Shown here: piece after piece, positions 1-9,186 of the stretch
Layout: every line of letters starts with the position of its first letter
Numbering within the stretch: the stretch's first letter is position 1
Virus record (IMG/VR): IMGVR_UViG_3300029906_000004
Span: 82,176-103,003 of that record
Length of the DNA stretch: 20,828 bases
Origin: a virus
Strand: one strand, 5' to 3'
The notes under the pieces: generated by a model
Seen by the model: only the letters and a program-made list of their open reading frames with translations
Told to the model about the DNA's origin: nothing
Databases searched by the model: none
Made by a program: the position numbers and the translations under genes

Positions 1-882
1 GCTAAAAATAAGGACTTATTAGGATTAGGACTAGCTGGTCTAGGATTAATTCCTTTCGTACCTAGAATAGGAAGAACCCGTGTAAAAACAGACAGACCTC
101 CTATACCTACTGTAAACAAAGATGCTATTCAAAGATAGATTGACTTATCTGTATCACAGACGGATAAAAATAAGAGAGTATTAGACGACTTTTATGATTA
201 GAGAAATAGAGTATATGAAAGTCTAATAGAGAATGAAGATGCTTTTAGAAGAGCGGCTAGAGCAGATAGAAGAAGTGGTACAAGTTACATGTAGACTTAT
301 TAGGACATGGTTAGAGAATATGGGAGAGATGGTTCTAATCTAAATCCTAATCTAGCACAACCTGGATATGATAGAAGTCTATATGAACAACCAGTTAAAG
401 CTCAAGTTAGTACAAGTAATCCAGATTTAATACGTCTCAATCCAAGATATAAAGACCCAGAAGAACTAGATGAAACATTCTAGTCATTGAATCCTGGACT
501 AATACGACATGAGATGGGGCATAGTGCAGATATAAAATCTGGTTTAGATTATACTAAAAGCTTAGCAGATCCTAGTAAGTTTGAGCCAGAAAGTAGAATA
601 AAAGAAATGTACCCTAAGAGTTATAAAACTATTTAGGATTATTTACTTAACGGCAGTGAGATTAAATCCCACATGAATGAATTTAGAGACTTTCTATTTA
701 ATAAAGGTGAATACTAGCCTAAAGAAACTATAAATAGCATTAGAAAGAAATTAGATAAGTATGGATCTTAGTTTAAGAATCTTAACATACTTTTCAATTT
801 ATATAAAAATAAACGGTAGTTTGTAAACGATTATAATCTAATACCTATTACAGCTACTGAGAATAACAATAACCTGGTTTAA
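1..882 (+). CDS. Zincin-like (HEXXH) metallopeptidase-domain protein, 5'-partial, TAG=Gln
   Basis: Frame +1 is open from base 1 to TAA 880-882 apart from 9 in-frame TAGs (136, 199, 292, 301, 481, 634, 715, 769, 817). It contains HEMGH (508-522) and a downstream GSEIKSHMNE segment that could supply a third Glu ligand. Confidence 0.75.
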
Positions 883-904
883 AAAAATCTAATTATATAT
901 AATT

Positions 905-2050
905 ATGGAAACAAATATACTAAACGGTTTTGAAGCATTTGTAGATGGTTTACTTCCTGGAAATATGAAAACGGAAGAGAATAAGATTGATTAGAGCGCT
1001 GCTTCAGAAGAACTAACAGATGAGGAGTTAGAAGCTATACGTAAATAGAATAAACCTGAAGAATCTGAAGATGATGAAGAGGAAGATAATAAACCTATAA
1101 AAAAGACTAAAGATACTAAGAAAGTAGAGGAAGAAGATGATGAAGACGATAGCGCTGATGATACTGTGGACGATAATGTGGATGATAATATATCTAGCGA
1201 TAGTGATGAAGCTATTGCAATTATCGGCTTCTTTGATGCTCTTTCTGAGAAACTTGGGTGGGACGATGTGGAGGAAGATGAAAAACCAAAGACAGCTCAA
1301 GATTTGGTAGAATACTTCAGAGAAGTGATTGAAGATAATTCTAAACCCGATTATGCTAGCGAAGAAGTAGAAAAGTTAGATGAGTTCGTACGTAACGGTG
1401 GTAATCTTAGAGATTATTTTCAATTAGATGCAGATCTCGATCTAGATAATCTAAACCTTGAAGATGACGAAGTTGCTCAAAAAGCAGTAGTAAGAATGCT
1501 TCTTAAAGAGAAAGGTTTTAGCTCTACTCGTATTGATAAGATGATTACTAAGTATGAGGATGCTGGCATCTTAGAGGACGAAGCTCAAGACGCTATTGAG
1601 GATTTAAAGGAGATTAAAGAGTCTAAAAAGAAACAGCTATTAGAAGAATAGCAAAAGCAGGCACAGGCTGTAAAGCGACAACAACAGGAATTTTTCAATA
1701 ACGTTATGAACGAAATAAAAGGCATGGATAATATCTATGGCATTACTATACCTGAAAAGGATAAAAAAGCATTGCTAGAATATATATTCAAGCCTAACTC
1801 TAAAGGCGTTACTAAATATCAAGAAGATTACGCTAAGAGTTTAAAGAATCTAGTTACCTCTGCTTACTTTACTATGAAGGGTGATAGTATTATCACAATA
1901 GCAAAGAAAGAAGGTAAAAAAGACGCTATTGACAATTTTAAGAATACTTTAACCAAAAATACTGGTGTCAATAAGCGGTCTAAACGAATGATTGAAAAAG
2001 ATGATAACGGCTCTATCTGGAGTACGTTTACGCGACAACTACGCGCATAA
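905..2050 (+). CDS. Acidic scaffold-like protein upstream of MCP (crAss 'gene 77'-like), 381 aa, TAG=Gln
   Basis: ATG 905 is in frame with track ORFs 1166..1651 and 1706..2050. Three TAGs are read through and the gene ends at TAA. It has a D/E-rich N-terminal region and a coiled-coil Gln-rich middle (LLEE*QKQAQAVKRQQQEFF), and lies immediately before MCP. Confidence 0.8.
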
Positions 2051-2091
2051 TATTAAAGTATAACTTTTAAAAGTAAACTAACTAGTATTTT

Positions 2092-3555
2092 ATGGATAAT
2101 AATATTCTTAATAATCTACAACTTTATAAAGGCAAATGGTTTTCGGATCTGATTGATACCGCTAAGATCTCGATTGCCTCACAACAGCGCCCTTACGAAG
2201 TAGCAACAGTTTTATCTTATGTATTTGGTACTAAGGACAATGGTTATAGCACGTCTTTGGATATGCTGACTGGTGGTCTCGGTAATGTAATGACGATTGA
2301 TCAGCCTTCGTTCGAGTGGAACGTGATCATTGATACCGATCGTGCTGTTACTATTCGTGATGCTAAGTGGAATGGCACAACCGTTACTTCTACGTCTACG
2401 GCAGGTTTGGGTAATACTCCTATAATGCTCTGGCTGGAAGATAACTGGTTTGCATCTGGTGCTATTCTGGAATTCGACAACAAGGACTTCCAGGTACGTG
2501 TATCTGGTGCTCCTTATCAGGATGGTAATCTCTGGGTTTATACTTGCTTCGTAGCAGATGGTAATCCTGCATCGTATATTCCTGCTGAATATTTGGAAGC
2601 TGGTAAACAAGTATCTCGTCTTGCTTCGGCATATGAGGAGTACAGTGAAGAAGGTGATATCCTGAACTATAACACTCACTTTAAGATGCGTAACTATCTT
2701 ACCACGATTCGTATTAACTACGATATTACGGGTTCTGCTTACTCCACTGTAATGGCTATTAAGCTGAAGGATCCTGCAACCGGTAAGAGTTCGTATTTGT
2801 GGGCTGATTATCAGGAATGGAAAGCTCTTCGTGAATGGTATAAGCGTTGTGAGCGTATGCTTGTTTATATGAAGTCTAATGTTAATAAGGATGGTAGCTG
2901 TAACCTGAAAGGTACAAACGGTCGTCCTGTTTACATTGGTGCTGGTCTGCTGGAGCAGATTGCTCCGTCTAACCGTCGTACTTATACTAAGTTGACTGCT
3001 GAACTGTTGGAAGACTTCTTGTTCGATCTGTCTTATAACTGTCTGGGTACTAACGAACGTAAGTTTGTTGCTCTGACTGGTGAAATGGGTATGCGTGAAT
3101 TCGACCGTGTACTGAAGGAGAAGGTTGCTAACATGAACTTGATCGATACTGTATTTGTAACTGGTTCTGGTGATAGCTTGACTTTCGGTGGTCAGTTCAA
3201 GACTTATAAGATGACGAATGGTATTGAGTTGACGTTGAAGTATTTCCCGCTGTATGACGATATCGTTTACAATCGTGAATTGCATCCGGTAACCGGTAAG
3301 CCGAAGGAATCTTATCGTATGACGTTCTTGGATCTTGGTCGTCGTGACGGTGAAGCTAACATTGTTAAGGTAGTACGTAAGGATCGTGAATTCGTTACTT
3401 GGTACACTGGTGGTGCTGTAGCTCCGTCTGGTTATGCTCATTCTAAGGATACTTTAAGATCGAACGGTAAGGATGGCTATACTGTGTACTTCCTCGGAGA
3501 AATGGGATTGCTCGTGAGGGATCCTCGTGCGTGTGGGGAATTAGTATTAGCGTAA
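2092..3555 (+). CDS. Major capsid protein, crAss-like, 487 aa
   Basis: Size and sequence resemble Crassvirales MCP (YEEYSEEG, MRNYLTTIR, GAGLLEQI, FVALTGEMGMREFD, DPRACGEL). Codon bias is strongly high-expression (CGT, GGT, CTG) with no in-frame TAG, and synteny fits. Confidence 0.92.
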   Translation: MDNNILNNLQLYKGKWFSDLIDTAKISIASQQRPYEVATVLSYVFGTKDNGYSTSLDMLTGGLGNVMTIDQPSFEWNVIIDTDRAVTIRDAKWNGTTVTSTSTAGLGNTPIMLWLEDNWFASGAILEFDNKDFQVRVSGAPYQDGNLWVYTCFVADGNPASYIPAEYLEAGKQVSRLASAYEEYSEEGDILNYNTHFKMRNYLTTIRINYDITGSAYSTVMAIKLKDPATGKSSYLWADYQEWKALREWYKRCERMLVYMKSNVNKDGSCNLKGTNGRPVYIGAGLLEQIAPSNRRTYTKLTAELLEDFLFDLSYNCLGTNERKFVALTGEMGMREFDRVLKEKVANMNLIDTVFVTGSGDSLTFGGQFKTYKMTNGIELTLKYFPLYDDIVYNRELHPVTGKPKESYRMTFLDLGRRDGEANIVKVVRKDREFVTWYTGGAVAPSGYAHSKDTLRSNGKDGYTVYFLGEMGLLVRDPRACGELVLA

Positions 3556-3606
3556 GTCATTAGCTTAAAGATTGTTAATTACATACAGTTATCGACAACA
3601 TTGTGG

Positions 3607-3641
3607 TTCGTTAAGCGTTATAGAGATATAACCAAAACGAA
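3607..3641 (+). promoter_or_regulatory. Hairpin just upstream of the endonuclease start codon
   Basis: GTTATA-GAGA-TATAAC (3617-3632) is a 6-bp stem with a GNRA loop. It is extended by TTCGTT (3607-3612) pairing with AACGAA (3636-3641) and ends 6 nt before ATG 3648. Confidence 0.5.
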
Positions 3642-3647
3642 ATTAAT

Positions 3648-4637
3648 ATGATGAGATCATACGATGTTTATAAGATAACAAATAAGATTAACAATAAAGT
3701 ATACATTGGAATTACAAGTAAAGGGATTAGTGCTCGGTGGAAGGAGCATCTCTGGAATGCCGAGCACGGATGTCCTTTCAAACTTCATAACGCTTTACGC
3801 AAATACGGTAAAGAAAACTTTACTATTGAACTAATAGACTTCTGTAATAGTTGGGAAGAGCTTACCGAAAAAGAAAAGTACTATATAGCACAATATAAGT
3901 CTACTGAAGACGAATTTGGTTACAACCTCACTGAAGGTGGTGATGGTACATTTGGTAGACTTCACTCTGAAGAAACTAAAGAAAAGATCAGACAAAAAGC
4001 TATAGGTAGAGAAGTAAGTGATGAAACTAGACAGAAATTATCTGAAGCAGGTAAAGTAAGAACAGAAGGTAGAGACGCCTACTGGTCGTCTGGCAATATT
4101 GGAAGCTCTCGTAGAAAACCGATACTTCAATATACTAAAGAAGGTAACTTCATTAGAGAGTTTGAAGGAGTAAATCTAGCATCTAAAGAAACTGGCATTG
4201 GAGTAACAAATATAGTTTCAGCTTTAAAACATAGGAATATAGTTGGATCTAAAAAGAATCCTTATATCTGGGTTTACAAAGAAGAGTATCCTGACGTTCC
4301 TGCTACAGTTCCTGCTAGTTTATTTGCCAAAGATCCTGATTGGAAACCGACTATTAGTGAAGAATGCCGTAAAGCTAATCTAGAAAATAGAAAAAACAAG
4401 AAGCTTACAGATAAACAAAGACAATCTGCTATTGAAAACGGAATGAAAACCGCTAAGTCTATTTGTCAATACAACAAAGAAGGCAATTTGATAGCTACTT
4501 ATCCTAGTATAATAGAAGCTAGTAGAGCTACCGGGTGTGACCGTAGAGGAATACAAAGACAGTTACAAAATCCTGTAGATCCCTCTAATGGTAGAGCTTG
4601 GAATAATGCAAAGTTTATCTGGAAGTATGCTAACTGA
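3648..4637 (+). CDS. Free-standing GIY-YIG homing endonuclease with NUMOD3- and NUMOD1-like DNA-binding repeats, 329 aa
   Basis: N-terminal VYKITNKINNKVYIG...RW..H...E...GYN fits the GIY-YIG catalytic domain. HSEETKEKIRQKAIGR and VSDETRQKLSEA are NUMOD3-like. Two (I/C)xQYxKEGNxIxx(F/Y)...ASxxTG repeats are NUMOD1-like. No TAG; ends at TGA. Confidence 0.92.
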   Translation: MMRSYDVYKITNKINNKVYIGITSKGISARWKEHLWNAEHGCPFKLHNALRKYGKENFTIELIDFCNSWEELTEKEKYYIAQYKSTEDEFGYNLTEGGDGTFGRLHSEETKEKIRQKAIGREVSDETRQKLSEAGKVRTEGRDAYWSSGNIGSSRRKPILQYTKEGNFIREFEGVNLASKETGIGVTNIVSALKHRNIVGSKKNPYIWVYKEEYPDVPATVPASLFAKDPDWKPTISEECRKANLENRKNKKLTDKQRQSAIENGMKTAKSICQYNKEGNLIATYPSIIEASRATGCDRRGIQRQLQNPVDPSNGRAWNNAKFIWKYAN

Positions 4638-4659
4638 ATAAATCTAATATAGTAATATT

Positions 4660-5412
4660 ATGGAAGTAATCGTTAGAATCTTAAAAGTTAATCCCTGGAC
4701 TGGATTGACTAAATGGCCTACTACTTTTGATTACGTAGGTCCTTACTGGACTAGATCCGGTAATATTTATACAGGTCTTACAAATGAAGATGCACGTAGA
4801 CTTGAGAAAGCATTAGGTAAACAAGAAGGAGAATTAAATCCTAATAGTGATTTCTGGACTACATTCGCAGTACGTATTGGTGCAAAAGACCTCATTCTTA
4901 ATACAGATAGACCTATGGATGAACTCTAGTATCTGTTCCTTAAGAATCATAAAAGAGTTGCTGTTGGCTTAAATAACATTGATCCTTCTAAAGATTATGT
5001 AATGATTAATAGTGACGCTGAAGCCGAACAGCAGAATAAAGCTAACAAAACTAAGCGTGAAGCCTATCGTGAGTTAGATAAGATGTCAATTGAAGATATG
5101 CGTAAGTGTTTACGTCTATACGGTATGAAATCTGACACAATGTCTAATGAGTTAGTCGAAGCTAAACTTACAGAACAAATTGAGAAATCACCTGAGAAGT
5201 TTATGCTTAAATGGGTTAATAACGCTGATAAAGATATTAACTATCTGATCGAAGAAGCAATCGCTAAAAACATTATACGTCGTAATAGATCACAGTATTT
5301 CTTCGGTACAGATATGATTGGTAATGGTTTAGATGATGCTATTGCTTATCTAAAAGACAAGAAGAATTAGGAAATTAAACTTGCTATATTGCAAGAGATT
5401 AAATCTAAGTAA
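4660..5412 (+). CDS. Conserved crAss-like protein downstream of MCP ('gene 75'-like), 250 aa, TAG=Gln
   Basis: Joins track ORFs 4660..4929 and 5002..5370 through TAG 4927 and TAG 5368, ending at TAA 5410-5412. Position fits the conserved capsid module. Confidence 0.8.
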
Positions 5413-5414
5413 TA

Positions 5415-6182
5415 ATGACAGTATCTGAAATACATAAAGCATTTAAAGTATAGATGGATAAGAACGCTGAGGCTGTAGCTTTTGGTGGATGCCCTGCATT
5501 CTTACCTGAAGAAATAGATCTGTTTTTAAACTAGGCTTATATAGAAGTTATCAGTAATAAGTTTACAGGAGCTAATCCTTCACAAACTCCATTTGAAGGA
5601 AGCGTAAAACGTATTGCAGACTTAGAGAGTCTTGTTAAAACAGATACAGGTGTTTCTGTATCCCTAGATTCTAGTTCTAATGTACTTACTTTAGAAGATT
5701 ACTATAATACGGATGGTACATATCATAGAATGTTTTATGTAACTGTTGTTTTACATGGTAATTTTTAGCGTATAATGGGCATTACTTAGTCTACTTCAGA
5801 TGGAGTTGAACAAGTAGACAAAGTAATAACTAATGATATACCTGATGGTGCTACATGTGTTCTCATGGATCACGATACTGCTAGAAAGTACTTAAAGACC
5901 TATAACAATGATCCTTGGATAGATACTCCTATATCTACATTAGAAAATAACAGATTAAAGATATATATTGACACGTATAAGATGTTAGGACCTTATACAA
6001 TCGATATAACCTACGTTAAGTACCCTTAGGTAATAGATAATACTCAACCTAATACAGAAATAGATGAAGTACCAGATAGAGTATTATATGAAGTAATCAA
6101 TAGAGCAACAGTAATAGCATTAGAGAATATTGAATCTAAACGAGCAGAATCTAAATTACAAATTAATAATATACAAGAATAA
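5415..6182 (+). CDS. Tail ring (head-tail connector) protein, 255 aa, TAG=Gln
   Basis: Open from ATG 5415 to TAA 6180-6182 with 5 TAGs. Motifs AFLPEEIDLFLN*A, FEGSVKRIADL and YVKYP are typical of crAss ring proteins. Confidence 0.75.
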
Positions 6183-7303
6183 TGAATAGTAGAGAAATGT
6201 AGATGGAATTTGAACGTCGCATTACTTTGATGAATCCTGCATTTGAGCTTAAAGAGAAGCTTACATCAGATACGATATTCTCATTCCTAAACGCATATAC
6301 CGAAAGATTTGTACGAAACAATTATCTACAAGAAGACCAAGTTGGAGATGGCACTAGAGCTTAGAAGAAGAACGCAGACGCCTTAAAAGGTCTTATTGTA
6401 AGAACTTTGTTGTCTAAGAATCAAAAAGACGTATAGAATACAGACGTTAATTCCGAAAAATTCGTGCTCCCTGCCGATTACTTCCTATATATTAGAAGTA
6501 ATAGTAGAGTAAGCGCTACTTACAAAGGTTTAGTGCAGAATATTGCTCATGCTGATATCAATAATTCACAGGCAACTGACTATTTCGTTAATGAACAAGT
6601 AAGTGGTAGTGGAACTAACACCTCAACTTGGAGGATTGTTTACGATGGTGACACATTTAATATGATATATGTAAGCGGAAGCGCTTTATCTCCAAGTGCG
6701 ATCGATAACATCAAATTCTATGATAATTCTAATGTAGTAAAAACTGTAAATAATTACAACACAGAATTAACAGGAGTAGCTGACGGTACTATTACAAAAT
6801 TATCTTTTCAGTTAGCCAGTTTAAAGTTTACCAAATTTGAACTATGTAAAGATAGTAGCGTAGTATCCACTTTAACCGTAAAGTCTTATTAGGAGTTTTC
6901 AAATCTAGATGTAGATGACGATGACTACTTAGATTTTTTATAGACTGTACCAAATAAAACAATTAGAGAGGATGACGTTGAAAAAATTATTTCTACTTAT
7001 TATAATAGAGCTATTCTTCGTTCACCTTATGTAGTATTAAATTCTGGCAGAGCTGATGATACTACCGATAATACGTATTTAAATGTTATTCATGACACTT
7101 ATACAGTAATAGAAGCAGTTGATTTAGTATATTATAGAAAGCCTAAACGTTTTGACGTAATCGGTGTAGATGGTGTGAATGTATTAGATCATTGTGAATT
7201 GCCTGAAAACGTACACATGGAATTAGTAGAAGGTGCAGTAGAGATGTTTATTACAGAAGCCAAGTATCGTCTTAATATGAATTCTAACAATAGACAGCAA
7301 TAA
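6182..7303 (+). CDS. Tail ring protein paralog with a ~130-aa insertion, 373 aa, TAG=Gln
   Basis: TAATG overlap start, includes track ORF 6464..6892, ends at TAA 7301-7303. Ring-like motifs LPADYFLYIRS, YYRKP and CELPENVHMELVEGAV are present. Confidence 0.75.
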
Positions 7304-8028
7304 TGAAGTTCATTCAACTATAGGAATCTTTTGAGTATGAGATAAATAAGTTAGATGATGGTTTAAATAAACCTAAGTCATCTGATACAGAATACTGGCT
7401 TAATGTAGCTTTAGACAAATTCTGGAAAACTAGATATTCTGCTAATAATTATAAGGTAGAAGGGTTTGAACAGACACAAAAACGTATCGATGATCTTCGT
7501 ACTTTAGTAAAAGAGATTACCTATACGGATGATATAACTACTGTTAATAACTCATTATATACAGTTCAATTACCTACAGACTATGTAATACTATTAGGAG
7601 ATAAAGCTGGTATAGCTCCTGCTGATGGATATACAGATCCTTGTTGGGAATTAGATGAAGACGGTAATCCTGTAGTTCACTACTCTGATACAATAGAAGG
7701 ATAGATAGAGACAATTGACCGTATAAAAGAAAATTCTCTATCAGAATATCGCTTAAGATATACTAAAGCTAAACCTATTAGGTTAGTAATGAATGATACG
7801 GTATATCTGCATACTGATGGTAAATATAAAGTTGCAGTATATACTATGTAGTATTTACGTAAACCGGAGTATATAAATATCCATAAAGATCCGTTTGCGG
7901 AATACACAGATATGCCTGAGCATACTCAAATTGAAATAGTTAAGTTAGCGGCTTAGCTATATCTGCAAAATCAGGCAGATCCTAGGTACTCTTCTTATAC
8001 GTAGGAAGTACTACCTAGTATGGAATAA
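7303..8028 (+). CDS. Tail ring protein paralog, 241 aa, TAG=Gln
   Basis: TAATG overlap start, ends at TAA 8026-8028. GFEQTQKRIDDLRTLV, LPTDY, YLRKP and MPEHTQIEIVKLA parallel motifs in the two preceding genes. Confidence 0.78.
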
Positions 8029-8034
8029 TTTAAC

Positions 8035-8100
8035 GCGCTTAGTGACGTGGAAATGCTATATTAGACGAGCAAAGTAGAAACTAAGCAGTAAGCTAAGCGC
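8035..8100 (+). ncRNA. Candidate structured cis-regulatory RNA in the 5' leader of the auxiliary capsid gene
   Basis: GCGCTTAG (8035-8042) pairs with CTAAGCGC (8093-8100), or alternatively GCTTAGT (8037-8043) pairs with ACTAAGC (8080-8086). There is an inner TGCT/AGCA stem (8054-8057 / 8068-8071). The region is GC-richer than neighbouring spacers. Confidence 0.45.
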
Positions 8101-8128
8101 TATGTTTAACTTAAAAATAATTTTATAA

Positions 8129-9112
8129 ATGATTCAATCTGTCCACAATGTAATGATTGGTAAGAAAGCTCCTGCTTCTTACTCTAATATTGACGCTTTA
8201 GCAGACGGTGATGTTGCTCTGTTTGACCAGAATCGTCAGCTGTTAACGACTGCTGCTTTGGCAGCTAAAGCTACGTCTCTCTATGTAGGCGTTTGCAAAG
8301 GTAAAGTAAAGGTAGTTAACCCTACTTCTGGTGCTCTGGAAGATAAGGCTAATATTGAGTTCTCTCAGGAGATTCAGAAAGCTGGTAAACCTTCTGCAGT
8401 AATTGGTGAGTATACTGCTCCTGTTCAGCAGAAGATTACTATTACGCTTACTTCTGCTACAATCGTAGCTGGTAATCGTTATGTTCTTCGTATTGTTTAT
8501 AAGGACTTGAGTGATGTTAAGTTCCAATTTACTCACAGCTACGAAGTATACGCTTCTTCTACTACAGCTTCTGATTTGGTAACTGCTCTTGCTAACAAGA
8601 TTAATGCTCATAAAGGTCGTCGTGTTGAAGCTCAGGCTTCTGCCGGTGTACTTACGTTGACTGCTTTAGAAAAGGATGACAATGAGGGTGTATATTCTAT
8701 TAACGAATATAGCGTAGTAGATATGGAAGCATTCTTGTACACTACTATCCCTGGTGCTCTTCTAAGCAATCAGCCTGAATCCGTACCCGGTGCAACGATT
8801 GCTAAGACTGTAGGCACTCCTGGTAAGGGTTATTGGAAGCAGGTACGTGATACTGAGTTCCGTAACAGTCCGTATAAAGGTCATGTATTTATTGATGCAT
8901 ATCCTGAAATCCGTCAGGAAATGCGTACGGTAGTTAATGCTCAGTACGATTATGCTATCATTGAATGTGATAACATGTACTTGTCTAACGATAACCAGTA
9001 CATTAAGACTACTCCTATGACGGTTGAGGTCTACTGTCCTGATATGAAAGACAGCATTGTTGACCTTGGTATTCAGTCCTTTATTGCAGGTTCTGAAGTA
9101 ACGGGTGACTAA
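8129..9112 (+). CDS. Auxiliary capsid protein (phiCrAss001 gp36-like), 327 aa
   Basis: Intact TAG-free ORF with the same high-expression codon bias as MCP, followed by a terminator. Size and position after the ring genes match the crAss auxiliary capsid gene (synteny inference). Confidence 0.72.
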   Translation: MIQSVHNVMIGKKAPASYSNIDALADGDVALFDQNRQLLTTAALAAKATSLYVGVCKGKVKVVNPTSGALEDKANIEFSQEIQKAGKPSAVIGEYTAPVQQKITITLTSATIVAGNRYVLRIVYKDLSDVKFQFTHSYEVYASSTTASDLVTALANKINAHKGRRVEAQASAGVLTLTALEKDDNEGVYSINEYSVVDMEAFLYTTIPGALLSNQPESVPGATIAKTVGTPGKGYWKQVRDTEFRNSPYKGHVFIDAYPEIRQEMRTVVNAQYDYAIIECDNMYLSNDNQYIKTTPMTVEVYCPDMKDSIVDLGIQSFIAGSEVTGD

Positions 9113-9134
9113 TCCATATTATATAAACCGTATT

Positions 9135-9175
9135 TAGGGCTATTGGGCTTATTAGCCCTTTAGCCCTATTTTTTT
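9135..9175 (+). terminator. Intrinsic (rho-independent) terminator
   Basis: TAGGGCTA-TT-GGGCT-TATT-AGCCC-TT-TAGCCCTA followed by T7 (9169-9175), 22 nt after the stop codon. Confidence 0.88.
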
Positions 9176-9186
9176 ATCTTAAAACC

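Noticed and set aside
1028-1300. Hydrophobic minus-strand ORF resembling a membrane protein
   Set aside because: The F/I/L richness is the reverse complement of GAA/GAT-rich acidic codons in the scaffold-like gene.
2212-3441. 409-aa antisense ORF opposite MCP (also 2301..2483)
   Set aside because: It is a shadow of the strongly biased MCP codon usage, with T/I/S-rich low-information sequence and no motifs.
3556-4659. Group I intron in MCP housing the GIY-YIG gene
   Set aside because: MCP ends with a plausible C-terminus and TAA. Only 92 nt upstream and 22 nt downstream flank the endonuclease, and I see no intron core or second exon.
8029-8128. Suppressor tRNA or known ribozyme in the intergenic spacer
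   Set aside because: No cloverleaf or T-loop (GTTCRA) and no hammerhead core (CTGANGA...GAAA) are recognisable. I saw no tRNA anywhere in the window.
8243-8611. 122-aa antisense ORF in the auxiliary capsid gene
   Set aside because: Same codon-bias shadow, fully overlapping a well-supported gene.
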